Assembly (NCBI GenBank): GCA_017998715.1
Contig: JAGOCP010000001.1
Coordinates: 31,900-87,240, forward strand
Reading direction: 5' to 3'
Origin: Thermoanaerobaculia bacterium
Lineage (GTDB): Bacteria > Acidobacteriota > Thermoanaerobaculia > Multivoradales > JAGPDF01
DNA length: 55,341 bases
The notes below the pieces were generated by a model. The model searched no databases. It had not been told where the DNA came from and saw only the letters and a list, made by a program, of their open reading frames with translations. This document shows positions 1 to 8,023 of this stretch, in pieces (the first letter of the stretch is position 1; every line of letters starts with the position of its first letter). The translations under genes and the position numbers were made by a program.

Positions 1-1263
1 GCGCCACCAGGCGCGGCCGAAGCGGCGCGGGGGGCGGGGGATGGGGATCGAGCCAGGAGGATAGCGGTCCTTGTGCGGGTCGAGGCGCGGCGCGGCGAGG
101 AACGCGGCGAGCGGCGCGAGGACGGTCGGCCAGTCGTGGCGCGCGGCCCAGGCGCGGCCGCGCGCAGCGAGCTCGGCGCGCAGCGGCGGCGAGGCGAGGA
201 GCTCCTCCAACGCTGCGGTGAGCGCCGCCCCGTCGCCCTCGGGCACGACCCGGCCCATCTTCTCCTCGGCGAGCAGGCGGCTCATCGTGCCGCCGGCGGT
301 GGCGACCACCGGCAGGCCGGCGCCGAGATAGTCGAGCACGCGCGTCCGCATCGAGATCTCGGCCTCGAAGCGCGGGCGGTGCAGGACGGCCGCGACGGTC
401 GCTTCGCGGTAGAGCGCGAAACGCTCTTCGGCCGCCACCCAGGGGACGAAGAAGACGTGGCGGTCGAGCCAGCCGGCGTCGCGCGCGAGCGTCAGCACTT
501 CCGCGTACGTCCCCTGCGGCGTCGAGTCGGTGTTGGGGTGCGCCGAGAAGACCAGCCGCAGCTTGGGGAAGCGCGTCAGCAGCGCCGGCAGGACCGCGAG
601 CAAGAGCATCGGGTCGTACCAGTCATAGATGCCGCCGAAGAAGAGGATCGGGTCGCCTTCGGTGATGCCGGGGACGACGCCGCGCAACAACGGCGCCGCT
701 GCGGAGTCGTGCGGCGGCATCGCGACGCCAAACGGCACCTCGCGCACCAGATTCGCCAGCGTGAAGTCGGCGAAGTAGGTCTCGGGATTCAGCCGCCCCA
801 GCGCGTAGAGCATGCCGAGGTAGAAGAGGCGCTGCTCGGGCGACGAGCAGAGGAAGAGATCGCCCTGGCGCAGCTGGCGCTCGAGGGTCACCCGATCGTG
901 GCGGTAGGGGCCGTCACCCAGCTGCGGGAAATAGTTCAGGTTCTCGATCGGGAACGGGTCGTAGAGGTCGACCACCAGCGGGCGCGACTCGCCACCGACG
1001 TCGAAATAGAGATTCGACGCGTGGGCGTGCACGACAACCACCTCGGCCCAGCGGCGGAGCGCGGCGAGGTTCCCGGCGTCGTAGCGCAGCACCTCCGCCG
1101 GGGCGAGCGCGGCGCCACTGGCGAGCGCCGCCGGGTCGTTGGGGAATCCGAGGCGGACCTCGTGCATTCGGCCGAGATGACGCGCCATCTCCCAGAAGCG
1201 GATCCCCACACCGGCCATCGCCGGCCGCCCGGGCTCGGGGCACAGCAGCAGGACGCGGGTCAC
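1..1263 (-). CDS. Glycosyltransferase family 4 (GT-B fold); the C-terminus runs off the left window edge
   Basis: Absent from the ORF track because there is no stop in the window. The reverse complement from GTG (1263-1261) reads VTRVLLLCPEPGRPAMAGVGIRFWEMARHLG... and stays open for 421 codons to base 1. The distal part, ...EISMRTRVLDYLGAGLPVVATAGGTMSRLL..., is typical of the GT-B sugar-donor domain. Listed + ORF 73..1710 is its Arg/Gly-rich antisense shadow. Confidence 0.8.
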   Translation of the reverse strand, partial: MTRVLLLCPEPGRPAMAGVGIRFWEMARHLGRMHEVRLGFPNDPAALASGAALAPAEVLRYDAGNLAALRRWAEVVVVHAHASNLYFDVGGESRPLVVDLYDPFPIENLNYFPQLGDGPYRHDRVTLERQLRQGDLFLCSSPEQRLFYLGMLYALGRLNPETYFADFTLANLVREVPFGVAMPPHDSAAAPLLRGVVPGITEGDPILFFGGIYDWYDPMLLLAVLPALLTRFPKLRLVFSAHPNTDSTPQGTYAEVLTLARDAGWLDRHVFFVPWVAAEERFALYREATVAAVLHRPRFEAEISMRTRVLDYLGAGLPVVATAGGTMSRLLAEEKMGRVVPEGDGAALTAALEELLASPPLRAELAARGRAWAARHDWPTVLAPLAAFLAAPRLDPHKDRYPPGSIPIPRPPRRFGRAWWR

Positions 1264-1273
1264 GGCAGGGCGC

Positions 1274-2200
1274 TCACGCGGCCTCCTGGCCCAAGTAATA
1301 GCCGCAGATCAACACGCGGTGGAGGATCCGCTTGCCGAGCGAAACCCCGGCGCCGTCGAGAGCCGAGAGCATCGGCACCAACGGCGGAATCAGCCGTCGC
1401 CCGGCGGCGAACCAGCGCGGCGGCTCGCCGGGTGAAAGCAGCGGCGTCGCGGCGAGCTCCGGATGGAGCTTCCAGAGCGTGCGCAGACCTCGACCGACGA
1501 GACGCTGGCGCGCGAAGAGGTCGCCGAGCGTCATCGGATGGAGATGCTCCGCTGCTGCCGGCGGATGGTAGACGAGGCGGAGACCGCCGCGGCTCAGGCG
1601 ATAGCCGAGCTCGATGTCTTCCCAGCCGTAGGCGGCGAACGCGGCGTCGAACGGTTCGTCGCCGAGGAGCCGGCGCGGCAGCGAGAGATTCGAGGTGTAG
1701 AAACAGCTGAACGGAACCTCTTCCCCGGCCGTCATATGGGCGAAGCCGAACTGGTGCCCCTCGACGTTCGCCATCTCGAGCGCCGGCGTGACCTTCATCT
1801 CGCTCCGCCGCCAGTCGGTGAAGCCGACCACCGCGGTCGGCGCCCGACGCGCCTCCGGCCGCGCGTGCGCAACGAGATGCTCGGCCACGAAATCGGGAAG
1901 CGGGATGATGTCGTCGCCGAGGAACAGGACGAGCTCTTCGTCGACTTCGCGCAGGGCGCGGTTGCGCGCCTGGCCTTGCCCCCGGTTCTCCTGCCGGCGG
2001 GCGACGAGTCGTGGCCCGCTGGCGCGCTCAGCCCGCCGTTCGAGCCACTCGAAAGTGCCGTCGGTCGAGCCGTCGTCGACGACGACGATGCGGAAATCGA
2101 GCTGCGACTGAGCGTCCAGGGCGTCGAGGGTGCGCTCGAGAATCGCTCGCCGGTTGTGCGTCGGAATGACGACCGCAAGCGAAGGCGCGGAGGCGGGCAT
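1274..2200 (-). CDS. Glycosyltransferase family 2 (GT-A fold)
   Basis: 308-aa ORF. The N-terminus VVIPTHNRRAILERTLDALDAQS..FRIVVVDDGSTDGT is the classic GT2 start, and a FLGDD acidic motif follows. Its stop lies 10 nt upstream of the GT4 start on the same strand, suggesting an operon. Confidence 0.9.
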   Translation of the reverse strand: MPASAPSLAVVIPTHNRRAILERTLDALDAQSQLDFRIVVVDDGSTDGTFEWLERRAERASGPRLVARRQENRGQGQARNRALREVDEELVLFLGDDIIPLPDFVAEHLVAHARPEARRAPTAVVGFTDWRRSEMKVTPALEMANVEGHQFGFAHMTAGEEVPFSCFYTSNLSLPRRLLGDEPFDAAFAAYGWEDIELGYRLSRGGLRLVYHPPAAAEHLHPMTLGDLFARQRLVGRGLRTLWKLHPELAATPLLSPGEPPRWFAAGRRLIPPLVPMLSALDGAGVSLGKRILHRVLICGYYLGQEAA

Positions 2201-2271
2201 GGCCGGAGGCGACGATATCGCAGGCGCCGGAACGGTTTGCCGGTCGGGGGAACTCTGCTAGGTTCGATTCG

Positions 2272-3144
2272 ATGAGCGAGCCGGTCAACTACTGGGACTC
2301 GATCGAGGCCCATTCGCGGGTCGAGGAGATCTGGGGCAGCCATCCGCTGGTGCGCGAGCGGATCAACCGGCGCATCTCGGGCGACCCGCACACCTGGACC
2401 ACCAGCTGGCTCGCCCGCCGCCTCGAGGGGCTGCCGCGATGGCGCGAGGCGGTGAGCATCGGCTGCGGCATGGGACATTTCGAGCGCGACCTCGTGCGGC
2501 TCGATCTCGTCGACCGGATCACCGGCATCGAGATCTCACCGGTCTGCGTCGCCGAGGCGCAGGCGGGAGCCGCCGCAGCGGGGATGCAGGAGCGCATCGT
2601 CTATCGCTGCGCCGACGCCTGGGAAGAGATCGCCCGGCTGCGCGATCTCGATGCGATCCTCTTCCACGCTTCGCTGCACCATTTCGACCGCCTCGACGAG
2701 ATGGCCGCCTTGCTGCGCCGGGCCTTGAAGCCCGAGGGACTCCTTTATCTCGACGAGTACGTCGGGCCGTCGCGCGACGAGTGGACGCTCGCCCACGAGC
2801 TGCGCTGGAACTGGCACTACTATCGCCTGCCGAAGAGCGTCCGCCGCGTCGGCCGCATCCGGCCGCCGATCAACTTCGAGGACCCGACCGAGGCCGTCGC
2901 CTCTTCGGACATCCTGCCGGCGATCGCGCGCGAGTTCGACCTGCTCGAGCAGCGCGACTACGGCGGCAACCTCCTGTCGGTGATCTACGCCAATATGTAT
3001 CGCCCAACCAGCCACCCGCCTTCGCCACGGGCCGACTTCGATGGCGCGATCGCTCGGCTCCTCGACGCCGAAGACGCCCTCCTCGCCGACGGCGAGCCCT
3101 CGTTCCACAGCGTCGTCCTGGCGCGGCCCAAGACCGCGCGTTGA
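2272..3144 (+). CDS. Class I SAM-dependent methyltransferase
   Basis: 290-aa [17 protein letters not shown] matches SAM-binding motif I (GxGxG), and the following beta-strand motifs ([22 protein letters not shown]) fit the fold. It is divergent from the GT2 gene across a 71-bp spacer. Confidence 0.85.
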   Translation: MSEPVNYWDSIEAHSRVEEIWGSHPLVRERINRRISGDPHTWTTSWLARRLEGLPRWREAVSIGCGMGHFERDLVRLDLVDRITGIEISPVCVAEAQAGAAAAGMQERIVYRCADAWEEIARLRDLDAILFHASLHHFDRLDEMAALLRRALKPEGLLYLDEYVGPSRDEWTLAHELRWNWHYYRLPKSVRRVGRIRPPINFEDPTEAVASSDILPAIAREFDLLEQRDYGGNLLSVIYANMYRPTSHPPSPRADFDGAIARLLDAEDALLADGEPSFHSVVLARPKTAR

Positions 3145-3283
3145 GGCGAGGTCACCCGCTCGACCTGTTCACCGGGATGTCACACGGCTGCGAGAGACTT
3201 TGCGGACCGCTCGATCCGCTGTCGCCCCGCACCCTCCCGGTCGGACCGCGACCGCCGGCCCCCGAGCCACCCGGAGCCTGCCA

Positions 3284-3784
3284 ATGAAGCGTCCGAAGCT
3301 CTCCCGTGTCCTGCTCGTCCTCGCCGCCCTGGGCCTCGCGATCCAGCTCGTCCCCTATGGTTGGAATCACGCCAATCCCGCCGTCGCCGCCGAGCCGAAG
3401 TGGGACAAGCCGCGTACCCGCGAGCTGTTCTTTCGCGCCTGTGCCGATTGCCACAGCAACGAGACGAAGTGGCCGCTCTACTCGCGAATCGCGCCGGTCT
3501 CCTGGCTGGTCTACAACGACATCCAGGAGGGCCGTGAGCACCTGAACGTCTCGGAATGGAACCGCCCGCAGAAGGACGCCCACGAGGCCGCCGAAGAGCT
3601 CCAGAAGGGCGCGATGCCGCTGCCGATCTACCTGCCGCTTCACCCGGAGGCCCGTTTGTCACCCGCAGAAAAGGCCGAGCTCGTTGCCGGCCTCGCCGCG
3701 ACGCTCGGAGGCGAGGGCGAAGGCGCGAAGGGCGGCCCAACGGGCGGCGAAGGCGGTGAGGGCGGCGACGACGACGACGATTGA
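3284..3784 (+). CDS. Haem-binding-domain protein (CxxCH), secreted or membrane-anchored
   Basis: The in-frame ATG at 3284 within ORF 3041..3784 gives the signal/anchor [47 protein letters not shown]...EHLNVSEW...GAMPLPIY resembles the Haem_bd family as I remember it. The unusual tail is [25 protein letters not shown]. Confidence 0.75.
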   Translation: MKRPKLSRVLLVLAALGLAIQLVPYGWNHANPAVAAEPKWDKPRTRELFFRACADCHSNETKWPLYSRIAPVSWLVYNDIQEGREHLNVSEWNRPQKDAHEAAEELQKGAMPLPIYLPLHPEARLSPAEKAELVAGLAATLGGEGEGAKGGPTGGEGGEGGDDDDD

Positions 3785-3806
3785 TCTACGATTCGGCTTC
3801 GGGCCG

Positions 3807-4580
3807 ATGAAGACGACGACACAACCCTGGCGCCTGGTCCTTTTCTTCGCAGCCCTCGCCGGGGGCCTCGCTCTCGCATTCAGCCAGCGGCGGTTCGGGC
3901 AGGACCCGTCGTACCACCTGTTCGCCGATGATCGCACCTGGGCCGGAGTGTCCAACTTCTGGAACGTGGTGACAAATCTGCCGTTCCTTCTCGTCGGCCT
4001 GTTCGGCCTCGCGCGGCTGGGCCGCTTGCGTCGGCCGGCGTTACGGAGCGGGGTGTCGATCTTCGCTTCCGGAGTGGCTCTGGTGGCGTTCGGTTCGGCG
4101 TGGTACCACCTGGCCCCGTCGAACGCGACGCTGGTCTGGGACCGCCTGCCGATGACGGTGGGATTTATGGCGCTCTTCAGCCTGATCGTGCGCGACCGAC
4201 TCTCGGACAGTCTCGGCCGACACGCGCTCGCTCCGCTCCTCTTGATCGGCGCGTCGTCCGTTTTCTACTGGTACGCCACCGAGCTTCAGGGCGCCGGCGA
4301 CCTGCGCTTCTACTACGTCATCCAGTTCCTGCCCATGCTGCTCATCCCCCTGCTGCTGCTTTCCGGAGCCGGCGCCGGGGGCCTCCGCAGCGGCTGGCTC
4401 TGGGCGACGCTCGCGCTCTACCTGCTCGCCAAGCAGGCCGAGGCGCACGACCGCGCCCTGTTCGAGGCCAGCGGACTGTTGAGCGGCCACAGCCTCAAGC
4501 ACCTGATCGCCGCCAGCGCCGTGCTCTGTGCGCTGCTCGCGGCGCTCCGCACGGCGCGCTCGGCGCCCGACGCCGCCTGA
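3807..4580 (+). CDS. Ceramidase-like (alkaline phytoceramidase/CREST-type) polytopic membrane protein
   Basis: In-frame ATG at 3807 within ORF 3684..4580. The protein has multiple hydrophobic spans. FWNVVTNLPFLLVG, WDRLPM and HSLKHL resemble the conserved motifs of ceramidase-family membrane hydrolases. Confidence 0.6.
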   Translation: MKTTTQPWRLVLFFAALAGGLALAFSQRRFGQDPSYHLFADDRTWAGVSNFWNVVTNLPFLLVGLFGLARLGRLRRPALRSGVSIFASGVALVAFGSAWYHLAPSNATLVWDRLPMTVGFMALFSLIVRDRLSDSLGRHALAPLLLIGASSVFYWYATELQGAGDLRFYYVIQFLPMLLIPLLLLSGAGAGGLRSGWLWATLALYLLAKQAEAHDRALFEASGLLSGHSLKHLIAASAVLCALLAALRTARSAPDAA

Positions 4581-4649
4581 GCTGCCACGCGGCTGGCGCC
4601 GAGGCGGCGGCGTGGTGTCGCCGCGCGCGCCGTTCGTCCGTTCTACGCA

Positions 4650-6221
4650 GTGATGGCCCGGCGCTCCCGACACCGCGACGCTTCGAACGACGGCCCGCCG
4701 GATCCGGCGGCCGCTCTCGACCGGTTGGAGCTCTGGATCGAGCGTCGTCTGCCCGACGAGCCCCGTCCTCTCTGGGCGGCAGCGCTGGTGGTTGCGATGC
4801 GGCTGCTCCTGGGGCGCGGCAGCTGGATCGTCGGCACGCTCTTCGTCGCGCTCGGCGCCCCCTGGTTCGTCCTCGTTCACCGTCAGGTCGACACCATGGT
4901 GCGGGCCGCCTGGTATCGCGCCACCGCCACTGCCACCGCCGAGGCGCGCGTCGAACGGGTGGAGCTCCGCTTGATCGACGGCGTCTGGGACGGAACCCAA
5001 CGCGTCGTGCCGTCGGTGCTGCTCTCCTTCGAGGCCACGGGGGGCGCAGGCTCCCCCGCAGGAGGCGAGCGGACCTGGGTGCGCTATCTCCCGCACGGCG
5101 CAGGGCTCGAGTCGCACCATCAATGGGCCAGCTCGCCGCCGCTGCTCGCTTCACCGCCAGCGATCACCCCGGACTGGCGCTTTCGCTGGGGCACCGCGAG
5201 CACCCCCGGCTTCGACCTCCTGTGGACCGATGGCGAATCGACGCGCCTCGAAACCGCCGCGCCGTGGAACGGCGAGACCTACCTGGCCAACGCGCTCGCC
5301 GATCTCGATCGTCCGATCGACCTGCTGGTCGGCGACTGGACTCGCGACGCGACCGACGGGAGCGTCCTGCCGATTCGTTTTCCGCCCGGAAATCCACACC
5401 GGATCTTCGTCGCCGACGCGCTCTCGCACCTCCCTCCCTCGGCCGGCAACGGCTTCGCCGAGCTCGTCTTCTCGCTGATCCTCATGGTGCCGTTCGGTCT
5501 GCCGTTCTGGTGGTTCGGGACGCGCCTGCTGTCGCGCGGCGTCGCGCCGCGCCATCGCCACTACTTCGTCTGGGTGCCGCTCGCGCTGCTGCCGTTCTGG
5601 GGCGTGCGCTATCTCGAGATCCTGGAGCGTCTGTCTCCGGGCGCCTTCGAGCGCAACGCCCTGCTCGCCAAGGTCGGCTCGACGCAGGTGCTACCGGGCG
5701 CCGAACCCGCCGGGCTTGGCCCCGCCTTCGACAGCCGGCGGCGCATCGATCTCGCGAGCTCGCGCTTCGCGCCGACGCTGACGATCGCCGATCTCGCCCG
5801 GCCCGCCCGGCGGCTCGCCAACGGCGACGCGGCCTGGCGCGAGCTCGAGGACCGCTTCACCAGGGCACTCGGCAGGCTCGACGACGAGGCGTTCGCGCGC
5901 GCTGTTGACCAGACGCTGGCCGCCGAGTCGATCGGCGGACCTCCGGCGCTCGCACCGATGCTCGCCGAGGCCGCGCGATTGGCGACCCTCGATCCGGCAC
6001 GCGGCGAACGGGCGAAGGTGGCCGCGCGCCAACTCCTCAACTTCCTCACCTACAGGACGAGCGTCGACCTCTGCCACCCGAGCTTCCGCGCCTACCGCGA
6101 AGATCTCGAACGCCTGGCGCTGCACCCGGAGCCCGAGATCGCCGGCCCGGCACGCGAACGTCTGGCCGAGATCGCCAGCTGGATCGGCGCGCGAGAGAGC
6201 GACTGGGGGAAGATCTGCTGA
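4650..6221 (+). CDS. Hypothetical membrane protein (523 aa) with no domain I can name
   Basis: GC3-biased ORF. Hydrophobic spans lie near residues 40-75 and 270-330 (FAELVFSLILMVPFGLPFWWF, YFVWVPLALLPFWGV). The C-terminal third is alpha-helical-looking and Ala/Leu/Arg-rich. The exact start is uncertain. Confidence 0.6.
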   Translation: MMARRSRHRDASNDGPPDPAAALDRLELWIERRLPDEPRPLWAAALVVAMRLLLGRGSWIVGTLFVALGAPWFVLVHRQVDTMVRAAWYRATATATAEARVERVELRLIDGVWDGTQRVVPSVLLSFEATGGAGSPAGGERTWVRYLPHGAGLESHHQWASSPPLLASPPAITPDWRFRWGTASTPGFDLLWTDGESTRLETAAPWNGETYLANALADLDRPIDLLVGDWTRDATDGSVLPIRFPPGNPHRIFVADALSHLPPSAGNGFAELVFSLILMVPFGLPFWWFGTRLLSRGVAPRHRHYFVWVPLALLPFWGVRYLEILERLSPGAFERNALLAKVGSTQVLPGAEPAGLGPAFDSRRRIDLASSRFAPTLTIADLARPARRLANGDAAWRELEDRFTRALGRLDDEAFARAVDQTLAAESIGGPPALAPMLAEAARLATLDPARGERAKVAARQLLNFLTYRTSVDLCHPSFRAYREDLERLALHPEPEIAGPARERLAEIASWIGARESDWGKIC

Positions 6222-6228
6222 GCAGCCG

Positions 6229-6615
6229 CTAGGAGGCCGCAGCCCGCCGCAGCTTCAGAGCGGCAGCGGTGAGGCAGCCCCAGCCGGCGAGGAAGGCGAC
6301 TCCACCGAACGGCGTGATCGCCCCCAGCCACTTCACTCCGGTGAGACTGAGCAGGTAGAGGCTGCCCGAGAACAAGACCGTCCCGGCGACGAAGAGCGCG
6401 CCGCTCCAGTCGAGCCGGCGGTCCGGATGCCTCGCGGACAGCATGCCGATGGCGACGAGCGCAAGGGCGTGGTACATCTGATAGCGCACTGCTACCTCGA
6501 AAATCGCCAGCGCCTGCGGCTCGATGCGGGTCTTGAGAGCGTGCGCGGCAAAGGCGCCGAGAACGACGCCGAGGCCGGCGGAGATGGCGCCGAGGGCCAG
6601 GTAGTTGCGACTCAT
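6229..6615 (-). CDS. DUF423 (YgdD/TMEM256-like) small membrane protein
   Basis: 128-aa ORF. LGAISAGLGVVLGAFAAHAL...YQMYHALALV...GTVLFSGSLYLL is the typical four-helix DUF423 pattern. Confidence 0.85.
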   Translation of the reverse strand: MSRNYLALGAISAGLGVVLGAFAAHALKTRIEPQALAIFEVAVRYQMYHALALVAIGMLSARHPDRRLDWSGALFVAGTVLFSGSLYLLSLTGVKWLGAITPFGGVAFLAGWGCLTAAALKLRRAAAS

Positions 6616-6633
6616 TTCAGTCTCCCGCCGGCG

Positions 6634-7950
6634 TCAGGGCGCCGGCATTGTGCCCAGTCGGTGAAGGAGCAGCGCCGCGCGCTGGACCAAGCGCGGCAAC
6701 TCGTCGAGGTCGATGTACTCGCCGCGCGCGTGCTCCTGATCGCCCAGGGCTCCGAGTCCATCGAGCCCGGGCAGGAGATGGGCGACGAAGGAGATGTCGC
6801 CGGCGCCGCGCTCGCCCGGATCCTGTTCGACGACAGGGCCCGTGCCCAGGTCGCGGCTCACCCGGTCGAGCGCGGCGAGCAGGGCGCGATTGCCGGCGGT
6901 CGGCGCCATCGACGGCATGCCGGCGACGAAGGAGAGGGTCGCTCGAGTCTGCGGCGCAGAGCGAGCGACGATCGCGCGCATGCGCTCTTCGGCGGCGAGG
7001 CGCTGCTCGGCGGTGAGAAAGCGCAGATCGCCCTCGACGATCGTCTTCGCCGCGACGACATTCGACTTGCCCGTGGCCGTCCCCGATGCGCTCTCTGCGG
7101 GAAGGTCGGCCTCCGTGCCGCCGACGACGACACCGGGATTCAGAGTCAGATACGGCTCGGGCAGCTCGGCGCGAAAGGCGGCAAGGATGCGCGCCATCTC
7201 GAAGATCGCGCCGTCGCCGCGGTCGGGGCCGAAGATGCGCGAGGAGTGGCCGCCCGAGCCGGAGGTCTCGAGCCGCCAGGTGGCGATGCCGCGGCGGCCG
7301 ACCACCGCCACTCCCGGCACCCAGCCCTCGAAGGCGAGCGCGAGATCGCTCTGCCCGGCGGCTTCGACGAGCGCCGCGCGACTCGTCGCGTGCGGCTCGC
7401 CAGGGTCCTCCTCGTCGCCGGTCAACACCACGACCACCCGGCGCCCGGCGAGCAGCCCCTCCTCGACCAGCGCCCGCAGCGCTTCGACGATCACCACGTC
7501 GCCGCCCTTCATGTCGGAGGCACCGCTGCCGTAGGCGCGGGCGCCTTCGCGGCGGAACGGTTCGCCCTCGAGGACGGTGTCGAGATGACCGATCATCAGA
7601 ATCCGCGGCCCGGAGCCGCCCGCGGCAACGCCGGACTCGGCGACGAGGTGTCCGGCCCGGCCCATCGCGGGTGAGAGCTCGACCCAGCGGGTCGCGAAGC
7701 CCAGCTCCGCGAGCTCGGCGGCGAAGAGCGCGCCGACCTTGCGCACTCCGGCGAGATTCTCGGTCGCGCTCGGCTGGTCGACGGCCCGGCGAAGGAGGTC
7801 GATGGCGCGGCCGCGATTCGCTTCGACCCGAGCGACCAACCGCTGCTCGACTGCGCTCAGCCCCTCGCCCGCCGCAGATGCAGGCCCGGCGGCAGCGAGT
7901 GCCAGGGCGGCGATGCGAGCCCAGCTGAGGAGGAAAGACGACCTGCCCAT
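6634..7950 (-). CDS. M20 family metallopeptidase (glutamate carboxypeptidase/CPG2-like), secreted
   Basis: ORF 6634..7983. I prefer the internal ATG at 7950, which gives the signal peptide MGRSSFLLSWARIAALALAAAGPASA. Metal-site motifs are present: MIGHLDTV, ASDMKGG, VLTGDEE. It lies 18 nt upstream of the DUF423 gene on the same strand. Confidence 0.85.
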   Translation of the reverse strand: MGRSSFLLSWARIAALALAAAGPASAAGEGLSAVEQRLVARVEANRGRAIDLLRRAVDQPSATENLAGVRKVGALFAAELAELGFATRWVELSPAMGRAGHLVAESGVAAGGSGPRILMIGHLDTVLEGEPFRREGARAYGSGASDMKGGDVVIVEALRALVEEGLLAGRRVVVVLTGDEEDPGEPHATSRAALVEAAGQSDLALAFEGWVPGVAVVGRRGIATWRLETSGSGGHSSRIFGPDRGDGAIFEMARILAAFRAELPEPYLTLNPGVVVGGTEADLPAESASGTATGKSNVVAAKTIVEGDLRFLTAEQRLAAEERMRAIVARSAPQTRATLSFVAGMPSMAPTAGNRALLAALDRVSRDLGTGPVVEQDPGERGAGDISFVAHLLPGLDGLGALGDQEHARGEYIDLDELPRLVQRAALLLHRLGTMPAP

Positions 7951-8023
7951 GAACGCCTCCCTGAAGAGTCGCCAAGGTACCACGCTGCGGCTGGCGAACA
8001 GGAGTCGGACGGGCCTTACCCTC

